Below are positions 43,932 through 52,433 of a stretch of 64,000 nucleotides of DNA, in pieces. Source of the DNA: a virus; the IMG/VR virus record IMGVR_UViG_3300044707_000932, positions 1-64,000 of that record, one strand, 5' to 3'. The notes under the pieces were generated by a model. It worked only from the letters and a program-made list of their open reading frames with translations, did not search any database and was not told the DNA's origin. How positions within the stretch are numbered: the stretch's first letter is position 1; each line of letters opens with the position of its first letter. A program made the translations under genes and the position numbers.

Positions 43932-44540
43932 TTATTTTTTTTTCTTTAGTTCACTCAGTGCGTTTACAGGAATAATTGTTCCTACAGGATATGAAGACCC
44001 CACAGGTGCCTGAGTTACAGATGTTTCACCTGGATGAGCTCGTAATGCTCTTCTCATCGGAAACGCTAATTCATTAAGTGGACCAAAACATTCTGCAAGT
44101 GTTACACCATTAACCTTATTAGGTAATACAACACAAGGCATACACCACATATTACTCATTCCACCTTTAGGTCCTTTAGATATTACGAATGTTCTATTTA
44201 CCGTTGGTAAATTTTCCCAAGTTGGTGCTTGAGGGACACTGTCATAATACCAAAAATAAGACCAAACAGTTTTATCTGTTCCATCAGGTGTAAGTGAAGG
44301 ATTCGGAACCAAGATTTTGTTTGCTACTGAAGGACCATCCATAACAGGACAAATCGCAACACCCTCTAAGAACTTTTTACCTTCCACAGTAATAGTTTTA
44401 CCCGTTGCCTTAGCAGAAGAAGCCCCACAAAAAGCAAATTTTCCCTCAACAATTGTGAGTGCTTTCCCTCTATGAAGTTTCTGAGTGAATGATGTTGTTC
44501 CTAATCCCAACATCGCAAGTAGTAATAGTAGTTTTTTCAT
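43932..44540 (-). CDS. Secreted Cys-containing hypothetical protein
   Basis: Signal peptide from MKKLLLLL (44540). Confidence 0.65.
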   Translation of the reverse strand: MKKLLLLLAMLGLGTTSFTQKLHRGKALTIVEGKFAFCGASSAKATGKTITVEGKKFLEGVAICPVMDGPSVANKILVPNPSLTPDGTDKTVWSYFWYYDSVPQAPTWENLPTVNRTFVISKGPKGGMSNMWCMPCVVLPNKVNGVTLAECFGPLNELAFPMRRALRAHPGETSVTQAPVGSSYPVGTIIPVNALSELKKKK

Positions 44541-44608
44541 AATATATTTTATTATAAATACAAAACCCCCACCATAAGGTGAGGGTTCTATAAAACTGCG
44601 GAATGAAA

Positions 44609-47600
44609 TTAGTTTCCGAATGTGTATCTTAAACCTAACTGAGCTTGCCATACGTCAAACACAGAAGAGTTCCACTGATAAGTGTCCTTGATAAGTGAAG
44701 TTGAACCGTCGTAGTTTCTCTGTGTAGATAATCTATAAACAGGTTCACCTGCTGTGTTGATTGATGAATAGCTAAGAATAGCTGGGTTTGTTGCTCTTTG
44801 AGAAACACCCCAATCATTATTCAACATGTTTCCGAAGTTGAGGATATCTAAACGAATTTGGAAATTGTTGTTGATACCTTTTACTTTTACTACGAAATCT
44901 TGTTGAACTGAAAGGTCAAATCTGTGAAGAACAGGGATTGTAGAAGCGTTTCTCTCAGCGTATTGTCCTCTTCTTGTAGAGAGGTATTTGTCTTGAGCGA
45001 TGTAAGCTTCAAAAGCTGCTTGTTGTTCAGCTTCTGTGAATGTGTAACTTCCAAGAGTACCATTTGGTAATCTTACTCCTGATGCTGTGAAAGATGCAAA
45101 TTTGATGTCAGAACCTTTTTGAGGAACGAAAATCATTTCGTTGTTGTTTACTCTATCACCGTTAAGGTCACCAGCTACGAAATAACCGAAAGGATTACCT
45201 TGTTGTCCTACATAACCCAAAGTGATTGTTGTAGCACCAGCACCTTTTTTCGCACCGTTTTCAATCTTGTAACCGAGAAGTCCAACAAATCTGTTTGGAA
45301 TCCAGTTATCAGAGAATGAAAGAGGTAAGTCATTATTTCCGTTAATTGACCTAGCACTCTGCCAAGAACCTGATGCGATTGAACCCGCACTCATGTAATC
45401 TTTAGCCATAGAGGTTGTCCAAGCCATAGAACCCCAAAGACCCTTTTGTGCTGGGTATTTAAGTTCAAAAGTTGCTGAACGGAAGTTAGCACCATTTCTG
45501 TTTGTTAATACAGCAGCCATAGATACGTTGTCATTTACTCTGACACCAGCATCGTTTCTTGCGAAGAGAGCTCTTTTGTCAGGACCTTGTAAAGTTCCAA
45601 CAGAAACGTCAAGGTTTGCGTTGTAATAATGAACAGCATTTAAGAATCTATTGTAAAGTAATTCAATAGTTCCGATAAAACCGAAAGGTAATTTTTGGTC
45701 TACAGCCAAGTTAGATTTCCATACTTGAGGGAATCTATAATTTGGGTCTGTAAATGCTAAGTCAAAAGTAGAAGGAAGTGTTGGTGTTGAAGGGATAAAG
45801 TATTGATTTGGATTTGCAGTGAAACCGTAGTTCGCCGCTGCCGCACCTGATACATCAATAAATCCTGTCAATACACCGTTGTTTCCTACTTGGTTTGATA
45901 CAAACACATAAGGAGGTCTACCTGTGAAAATACCTGTACCACCTCTTACTTGTGTTTTGCTCTGACCTTTGTGGTTGTAGTTAAAACCAAATCTTGGTTC
46001 CCACAAAAGTTGTGTCTTTGGAAGAACTCCTGTGTTGAATTTTTCACCACCAGCGAAAGTCATAGCAGTTACTGCTGTGTTTTCAATTGCGGTATTTTCG
46101 AATCCAATTACAGCAACTCTAAGACCACCTGTGAGCTTCAAATTTGGAGTATACTGATATTCATCTTGAACGTAAAGGTCAAGACGTGAAGTCTTCAACA
46201 CCTGCATGGGTTCGATACCACCAGGAAGAGCTGAATATCTCAACTGAAATCTTGCTGGTGCGAGTGTAGAAGGTCTACCACCATTCGCTAAAGATTGATT
46301 AGCCGCTGTGTAGAAATCCGCAATCGAGTTGAAGATATACACACCGTTTGAAGCGGGGTAGAATAAGTTGTTAGAACGATATTTTTCAAAATTAACACCA
46401 GCAACCACGGTGTGCTTGTCCATAAATTTGGTCAAGTTGTTTGTGATGTGGAAAGTGTTATAGTCCAACTTGTTTCCTGGTGTGAATGGGTCGAAACCTA
46501 CTGATGTGTAAGTCGCATTACCATTCATAATGTCAATAGTTGGAAACATTTGTGAAAGATATGCTCTGTTCTCAATTTGTTTGTCATAACCAACAATTAA
46601 GTTGTTATGTAATGTGTTAGAAAACTTACTATTCAATTCAAATACACTTGAACGAGTGTTGTCCATAATGATGTATCCACTGTTCTTAAATGACATTGCG
46701 TTGAATTGAGTGGTTCTGTTTCCAGCACCTGCTGACTGAGAGTTTGAGATGTTGATTTCTGCGTCAGAGTTGTGCCAAACATAACGAGCAGTTAACTTGT
46801 GTTTGTCGTTAATGTTCCAGTCAGCTCTTACGAGAAATTTCTCAGATTTGTTAGCATTGTTGTACCCTTCCCAAGGACCCGTCTCATAATTAAAATTTGT
46901 TCTCATGTAATCAGAAAGTGTCTTCATATCAGAGTATGTAACTCTTGATACTTGGGACCCTGTGAGAGGAGAACCTGTTGAAATCCAAGTTGTGCCTGGT
47001 TCAGTTCTCTCCAAAGTTTCGTAGTTTCCGAAGATGAACAATTTGTTCTTAATAATCGGAGCACCAAGTCTGAAACCTCTCATAGTTTCTTCGAACTTCG
47101 AAGCAGTTACGGTAGTTCCTTTTGCGTTGTTTCCAACATAACGAACGTTGTCTCTGCTTGACTGATAATAAGAACCATCAATTTTGTTTGTACCACTTCT
47201 TGTGACTGCGTTGATACCAGCACCAACGAAACCACTTTGACGAATGTCAAACGGTGCTACGTTGATTTGAAGTTGGTCAATCGCATCTAAAGAAATAGCG
47301 GTGGAACCTGTTCTACCACCAGCTTGTGCTGAAGAACCAAGACCAAAACCGTTGTTGAATTGGGAACCGTCGATAGTGAAATTATTTAATCTACTATCAG
47401 CAGCACCAAACGAACGACCATCACCCATAGGATTGTACTTGGTGATTCCGTCAATAGTTCTAGCACCTGTGATGGGAACTGAAGTAAGTTCTCTTCTACC
47501 AAACTGTTGAGACGCGCCAGTTCTATCCTTACTGAATGTGTTGTTTCTGTTTAAACCGACAACTACTTCAGACAAGGTCTTAACATCAGAAATCAACACG

Positions 47601-47914
47601 ATTTCCAAGGTAGTTGTAATACCGAGGTTTGTGTTGATGTCAGTGAGTTCTTGTTTTTTGTAGCCAACGTTAGAAACACTAATCACATAAGGACCACCTG
47701 GACGCACAGCAGGAATGGTAAATGTACCAACTTTGTTTGTAGTTGAGCGATATACCGAACCTGTAGGTTGGTGAATTGCTTCAACTGACGCCCCCACTAG
47801 AGCATCTCCTTTTTCATTTTTCACAACACCAGACAGGGCAGAAGTTGTAATTTGCCCGAAAGATGCGAGAGTCACGAACAAGGATAAAAGTGACATCATG
47901 ATTTGCTTTTTCAT
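44609..47914 (-). CDS. TonB-dependent receptor, Oar-like, with N-terminal carboxypeptidase-regulatory-like domain
   Basis: Signal peptide; NNFTIDG, PFDIRQSGFVGAGINAVTRSGTN plug motif; C-terminal QLGLRYTF. Confidence 0.9.
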   Translation of the reverse strand: MKKQIMMSLLSLFVTLASFGQITTSALSGVVKNEKGDALVGASVEAIHQPTGSVYRSTTNKVGTFTIPAVRPGGPYVISVSNVGYKKQELTDINTNLGITTTLEIVLISDVKTLSEVVVGLNRNNTFSKDRTGASQQFGRRELTSVPITGARTIDGITKYNPMGDGRSFGAADSRLNNFTIDGSQFNNGFGLGSSAQAGGRTGSTAISLDAIDQLQINVAPFDIRQSGFVGAGINAVTRSGTNKIDGSYYQSSRDNVRYVGNNAKGTTVTASKFEETMRGFRLGAPIIKNKLFIFGNYETLERTEPGTTWISTGSPLTGSQVSRVTYSDMKTLSDYMRTNFNYETGPWEGYNNANKSEKFLVRADWNINDKHKLTARYVWHNSDAEINISNSQSAGAGNRTTQFNAMSFKNSGYIIMDNTRSSVFELNSKFSNTLHNNLIVGYDKQIENRAYLSQMFPTIDIMNGNATYTSVGFDPFTPGNKLDYNTFHITNNLTKFMDKHTVVAGVNFEKYRSNNLFYPASNGVYIFNSIADFYTAANQSLANGGRPSTLAPARFQLRYSALPGGIEPMQVLKTSRLDLYVQDEYQYTPNLKLTGGLRVAVIGFENTAIENTAVTAMTFAGGEKFNTGVLPKTQLLWEPRFGFNYNHKGQSKTQVRGGTGIFTGRPPYVFVSNQVGNNGVLTGFIDVSGAAAANYGFTANPNQYFIPSTPTLPSTFDLAFTDPNYRFPQVWKSNLAVDQKLPFGFIGTIELLYNRFLNAVHYYNANLDVSVGTLQGPDKRALFARNDAGVRVNDNVSMAAVLTNRNGANFRSATFELKYPAQKGLWGSMAWTTSMAKDYMSAGSIASGSWQSARSINGNNDLPLSFSDNWIPNRFVGLLGYKIENGAKKGAGATTITLGYVGQQGNPFGYFVAGDLNGDRVNNNEMIFVPQKGSDIKFASFTASGVRLPNGTLGSYTFTEAEQQAAFEAYIAQDKYLSTRRGQYAERNASTIPVLHRFDLSVQQDFVVKVKGINNNFQIRLDILNFGNMLNNDWGVSQRATNPAILSYSSINTAGEPVYRLSTQRNYDGSTSLIKDTYQWNSSVFDVWQAQLGLRYTFGN

Positions 47915-48155
47915 GTTTGTTTGTTTATTGGTTTATAAATAAAAAATCCCGAAGACAATGAGCCAACGGGATTTATATATTTTCAAGCTTCGAATAATGA
48001 ATGTACAGTCGATAACAACTCATAAATTAACTCTCCAACTTTCATAAGTAGCTTCGAAAGTACCAAAAATCCCATCGACCAACAAAGTTAATGATTTCTT
48101 AAATCAAAATCAATAGGCATAAAAAAACCCTCACTTTCGTGAGGGTTCTTCTTGT

Positions 48156-48263
48156 TTATTTTTTTAACTTACCAAGAAGTTTTGTTATGTGTGGTACTGC
48201 CACAACACCGACAACGACACCTAATAAAAAGTGCCAATGCCATAAAAATTCAATTGTTTCCAT
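48156..48263 (-). CDS. 35-aa single-TM peptide (METIEFLWHWHFLLGVVVG...)
   Basis: Read from the sequence; followed by a terminator at 48121-48147. Confidence 0.55.
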   Translation of the reverse strand: METIEFLWHWHFLLGVVVGVVAVPHITKLLGKLKK

Positions 48264-48288
48264 ATGAATTTCATTTTCTGTTTAAGAT

Positions 48289-48741
48289 TTAAAGATGGTA
48301 TAAAACACCAATCGTTGCTGAGTTAGTGTGTTTTCCGTCTTTAAGAGTTCTTAGAATTGATTGTTCTAAGCACCATTTTTTGTTTATCCTGTAACCAACG
48401 ACAGGGACATAAGTGAATTGTCCTTTCTGACCGTTGAAAAAGGTAACACCTCCGTCTAGCCCTACAGCTAAACCTTTTTTCAGGTGCTTACGAACTCCGA
48501 CAAGTACCGGCATTTGTACGTTGCCAGCTTTGTTTTGTCTGAACCCTGCGTTGAAAACGAAGTTATTCTTTTGGAATCTTACGTTTTGTCCCCAAGATTT
48601 TGAGTTCCAATCAACATTCTTTGTTAAGGGTGCTGATAAAGTCGGTCCCACGGCGATATCCCATCCACCTTTCTTGTGGTCTTGTCCGAACATTGATAGC
48701 GAACATACTGTAACAAAGAAAAACAAAAACATTTTTTTCAT
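48289..48741 (-). CDS. Small outer-membrane beta-barrel protein
   Basis: Signal peptide; amphipathic strands; C-terminal IGVLYHL. Confidence 0.65.
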   Translation of the reverse strand: MKKMFLFFFVTVCSLSMFGQDHKKGGWDIAVGPTLSAPLTKNVDWNSKSWGQNVRFQKNNFVFNAGFRQNKAGNVQMPVLVGVRKHLKKGLAVGLDGGVTFFNGQKGQFTYVPVVGYRINKKWCLEQSILRTLKDGKHTNSATIGVLYHL

Positions 48742-48881
48742 GCTTGTTTATTTTATGATTTATAAATAAAAATCCCACACACTAATTCTTTCGAAAAGGC
48801 GGATGGGATTGATATTTCTGTATTATAAATATTTACTTTTCCGGTAAATGACCGAATAGGAGAGATTCTGTTATTTGTAAA

Positions 48882-49271
48882 CTATATTTCAGATTTTTCT
48901 TTTTGAAGATAATCGCATTCAAAATTCACACAAGTTTCGGGTCTAATTTCATAAACTGAACATGCTTTTACAGTGGTATTGTAAAAAATACAAGGGAGAG
49001 CTGGTTGAAAAAAACTAACTCTCAACGCCGGATAAGATTCGGGGTTTTGCCAACTTTTATTGTTTGGAAAAAGTTTTTTTCCCTCTTCGTAATCGATAAA
49101 AACTTCTTTCCATAAAATTTCTCTATCAAACTTTTTGGAAAGTCTGTCAAGAAATTCATTTGGGTCTGTGTGGGGTCCTATAATAAAATCACGGTCAGAA
49201 AGGGTACAACACCCCCCGTGATTTCCTGGAAAACCCAAGCAATTGTTCGAACAAATTTCACATGACTTCAT
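48882..49271 (-). CDS. YkgJ/FliB-like Cys-cluster (CxxCxxCC) protein
   Basis: CEIC..C....GGCC ... CIFY.....CSVYEIRPETC..F. Confidence 0.8.
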   Translation of the reverse strand: MKSCEICSNNCLGFPGNHGGCCTLSDRDFIIGPHTDPNEFLDRLSKKFDREILWKEVFIDYEEGKKLFPNNKSWQNPESYPALRVSFFQPALPCIFYNTTVKACSVYEIRPETCVNFECDYLQKEKSEI

Positions 49272-49281
49272 AATAAAAAAA

Positions 49282-49676
49282 TGGTGGACTCGAGCGGAGT
49301 CGAACCGCTGTCTTGTTCGCGATAACTATAAGTGCCTACACGTTTATTACAACATTGTTTCTCAATGTTCCGAAATATTAGGTTTGATATTTGTGAGAAA
49401 CCCACCTACAAACAACTTGGTCTCAGAATTATTTTAAACGAGCTCTGACCTGTCACCCGTATATCGGACTTCTGTTCCTGGGTTTAATGTCCTAACCGAC
49501 CCGATTTAGTTACTACTAAATCAAGCAGCAACTACAGCTTCCTCAGCGATAAGACCAAGAGCAGCCATTTTAGCAAAAGTATTGCCAGTTATGTTTCAAA
49601 TCAGTTTTTAAGGAGTTAATTCAGCTCCTACGTGCCACCTATAACTACACACGCCAATCAATGCCGTGACGAGCCC
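49282..49676 (-). ncRNA. ssrA: tmRNA; tag reading frame 49586-49521 encodes (A)GNTFAKMAALGLIAEEAVVAA
   Basis: 5' GGGCTCG pairs with 3' CGAGTCC-ACCA including G3-U70; GGTTCGACTCC T-arm; ATAACT-GGC resume context; tag ends AA-stop. Confidence 0.93.
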
Positions 49677-49679
49677 ATA

Positions 49680-49691
49680 TTTTCAAAGAAC
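49680..49691 (-). promoter_or_regulatory. boxA-like element upstream of tmRNA
   Basis: GTTCTTTGAAAA between the TATATTTG promoter and the tmRNA 5' end. Confidence 0.6.
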
Positions 49692-49744
49692 AATACAAAT
49701 ATAGTATAAATAACTTTAAAATCAAAAAAACATATTTATATACA

Positions 49745-50800
49745 ATGGCATATAAAAGCAATTTCCTTCAATCGTTGACTGATTTTCTTAAGGGTAAAAT
49801 ATCAGGGAGAGAATTTTCACATTCCGAACCCACTTTGTATGGGGTGGATGAAAAAACACCCATTGGTGATAGTATTCTACAGTTTGACCTTAACCACGAA
49901 GATGAAGAATATTTTTTGAAGGCAATAGGGTTGAATGAGGATGATGTATATATGATAAATCGTATTTTTGGTTATTATGGTAGTTACGATTATCACGACC
50001 CAGGTTCAATCAGAGAAGATTTTGAAAATGGTTATTTTTTCCAATATTATTTAGATGAGGATAATATAAAACAATTAAAGAAGATTGCTGAGTACGTTTA
50101 TCCCAAGGAAGAGTTTGATTTGAGTGATGTGGGATACATGTCAAGATTAGGTCAAACTTTAGAGGTTCTTTTCCCGAAAGAAATTGACAGTTTGGTTGAT
50201 GATGTTACTTCAGAAAAAAATGAAGCCTTGGGTGCTAGTCTTAAAGATAAAATCAATAATGAATTAGATAGTTTTTTCAAAAATTATAGGATTGATGTTA
50301 CATCAAAATGGGATAAATTCAGAATCAAAGCGAAAGACTTATTAAAAATGTACTATATTGTCGGAAGCGATGAATTTTCACCACTTAAAGTTTTCAAAAA
50401 ATATTTCGATGGTAGTGATTGGGGACTGGGTGGTTGGAGTGATGACGTATACAATTATGAGGATGATTCATATATGGATTGGGACTCCCTCCATCGGGAC
50501 TTTTCAAGAGAGTTCGATAGAATTTTGGAAAAAATTGAAGAGGATGACGGTAAATTCAAAAAACTTTTGGAAATAAGGAATAGAATATTTTCTAAACACT
50601 CTCAAAATGTTTGGTATAACTTACCAAAAAGTCCCAAATATTTGTTCATTGTTCGTGGGGTAAATCCAGAGACTTTCAAAGTCATCGTTGGATTGAAAGA
50701 AAGTAAAGGGAGAAGTGCTATCAAGAAAATTGAACTGTCGGAAGAAAACTACTACCACTTACTTTATCAACCTTCATTATTTAATTTTGAAGAATTGTAA
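49745..50800 (+). CDS. Hypothetical protein
   Basis: ORF track; ATATTTAT upstream. Confidence 0.65.
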   Translation: MAYKSNFLQSLTDFLKGKISGREFSHSEPTLYGVDEKTPIGDSILQFDLNHEDEEYFLKAIGLNEDDVYMINRIFGYYGSYDYHDPGSIREDFENGYFFQYYLDEDNIKQLKKIAEYVYPKEEFDLSDVGYMSRLGQTLEVLFPKEIDSLVDDVTSEKNEALGASLKDKINNELDSFFKNYRIDVTSKWDKFRIKAKDLLKMYYIVGSDEFSPLKVFKKYFDGSDWGLGGWSDDVYNYEDDSYMDWDSLHRDFSREFDRILEKIEEDDGKFKKLLEIRNRIFSKHSQNVWYNLPKSPKYLFIVRGVNPETFKVIVGLKESKGRSAIKKIELSEENYYHLLYQPSLFNFEEL

Positions 50801-50820
50801 ATTTTTCCTATCTTTGTATA

Positions 50821-51657
50821 ATGTATAAAGATTTGGAATTTTTAAAGGAGGTACTCAGTGTACCAACAAAGACTTATCAAGAACATTTGATGGTCGAATT
50901 TATTGTAAATTGGTTGGTTAAAAATAATATTGAACATTATGTCGATGATTATGGAAATGTTTACGCAACAAAAAAGGAAACTGAAGTCCCTTCTGATTTT
51001 TATTATCCTTGTGTTATATCTCACACTGATACTGTTCACGGACTTGGCAGTATAAATGTTGTTGAAGAACAAAACCCCAACGCTCAGGGTGAATTAAAAT
51101 TTTCTTTAAAGGCTTACAATAACATGGGATTACCCACAGGTATAGGTGGTGATGATAAATGTGGTGTTTTTGCTTGTCTGATTTTGTTAAGAGATTTACC
51201 ATTTCTGAAGGCGGCTTTCTTTGTTGCAGAAGAAACTGGTTGTCATGGTTCGAGAAATGCGGATAAAAAATTTTTTGAAAACGTTGGTTATGGTATTCAG
51301 TTTGATGCCCCTGAAAATTGGATGATAACAGAAAATTGTTCTGGACAAGTCTTGTTTGATAGGAAAACTGATTTTTTCAAAACTTGTGATAAAATTCTAA
51401 CTGAAGGTATGAACGTTACAGATATGGAGTACATGACTCACCCCTATACAGATGTTTATGCTCTCAAGAAACAATTTAACTTTTCTTGTATTAATTTTTC
51501 AATTGGTTATTACGACTATCATACCAAAAATGAATATGTTGTAGTTGAAGATGTTATGAACGGTATTGAGATGGGAAAAAAAATGATTGAAAATTTGGGA
51601 TACAAACTACACTTCAAACCACAAAGAGAAACTACTTTGGACAACCTCCTTTTTTAA
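50821..51657 (+). CDS. Zn-dependent exopeptidase-like protein (M20/M28/M42 clan)
   Basis: SHTDTVH, GGDDKCG, EETG..GS, YH motifs. Confidence 0.8.
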   Translation: MYKDLEFLKEVLSVPTKTYQEHLMVEFIVNWLVKNNIEHYVDDYGNVYATKKETEVPSDFYYPCVISHTDTVHGLGSINVVEEQNPNAQGELKFSLKAYNNMGLPTGIGGDDKCGVFACLILLRDLPFLKAAFFVAEETGCHGSRNADKKFFENVGYGIQFDAPENWMITENCSGQVLFDRKTDFFKTCDKILTEGMNVTDMEYMTHPYTDVYALKKQFNFSCINFSIGYYDYHTKNEYVVVEDVMNGIEMGKKMIENLGYKLHFKPQRETTLDNLLF

Positions 51658-51658
51658 A

Positions 51659-52408
51659 TCAAAGAAAGTTTTGTAACTTACTCAACATGGGTTTAATCAT
51701 TGGGTGGTCTTGGATATCGTTGTATTCAATACCTTGTTTTTTCATATTTTTTATTACATCTATCAATCTTTTCAACAGTTGTCTTATGTTTTCTGATTGT
51801 TCTGTGTAATAAGTTATATAACTACTAAATCTAAATAATTTATAGGCATCGTCGATAGAAAGGTCTAATTTACTAATTAATTGAGAAACCATATTCTTGG
51901 CAAATTGGTCGGCGTCCAATTCCATTTCCCAATATTGATTATAAATTTTCTCAAAATCTTCTAAATCATAATCAGAAAGTGGGTTGTCCATTTTAATTTT
52001 GGAAATTTGTATTTCATGTCTTATCTCATGGAATATTACATATAAAAAATCACCCAAGGTTGAGATATCCGATGGTGAGCAAATTATTATTTGATTTTTT
52101 GTTCTTACTCCTGTATAACTCGGACAGGCGGGCAAGAACTTTACTATGAAACCATTTTTTTCAATATATCCCTTTATAAATTTTTCTAAAAAGTCTACCT
52201 TCTCTTTTGGTAATTTTTTACCTAATCTATTAAGAACTTTTCTCAGATTAGATATTGTCTTTTTGGGTTGATTATCATTTCCACATTTGTGACAAATGTA
52301 AGGGTCATCACCCCCCTCTTTAAGGTCCCATTTCCAACCGCAGACATCACAAATTACTTTGTTATCTACAATTGCTTCTCTTAAAATTTTTTTTATAAGA
52401 CTTTTCAC
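51659..52408 (-). CDS. Zn-ribbon + HExxH zincin-like protein
   Basis: CDVC...CHKC; FHEIRHEIQ...ELDAD. Confidence 0.6.
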   Translation of the reverse strand: MKSLIKKILREAIVDNKVICDVCGWKWDLKEGGDDPYICHKCGNDNQPKKTISNLRKVLNRLGKKLPKEKVDFLEKFIKGYIEKNGFIVKFLPACPSYTGVRTKNQIIICSPSDISTLGDFLYVIFHEIRHEIQISKIKMDNPLSDYDLEDFEKIYNQYWEMELDADQFAKNMVSQLISKLDLSIDDAYKLFRFSSYITYYTEQSENIRQLLKRLIDVIKNMKKQGIEYNDIQDHPMIKPMLSKLQNFL

Positions 52409-52433
52409 TTTTAATAAATATAAAAAAAGGGAC

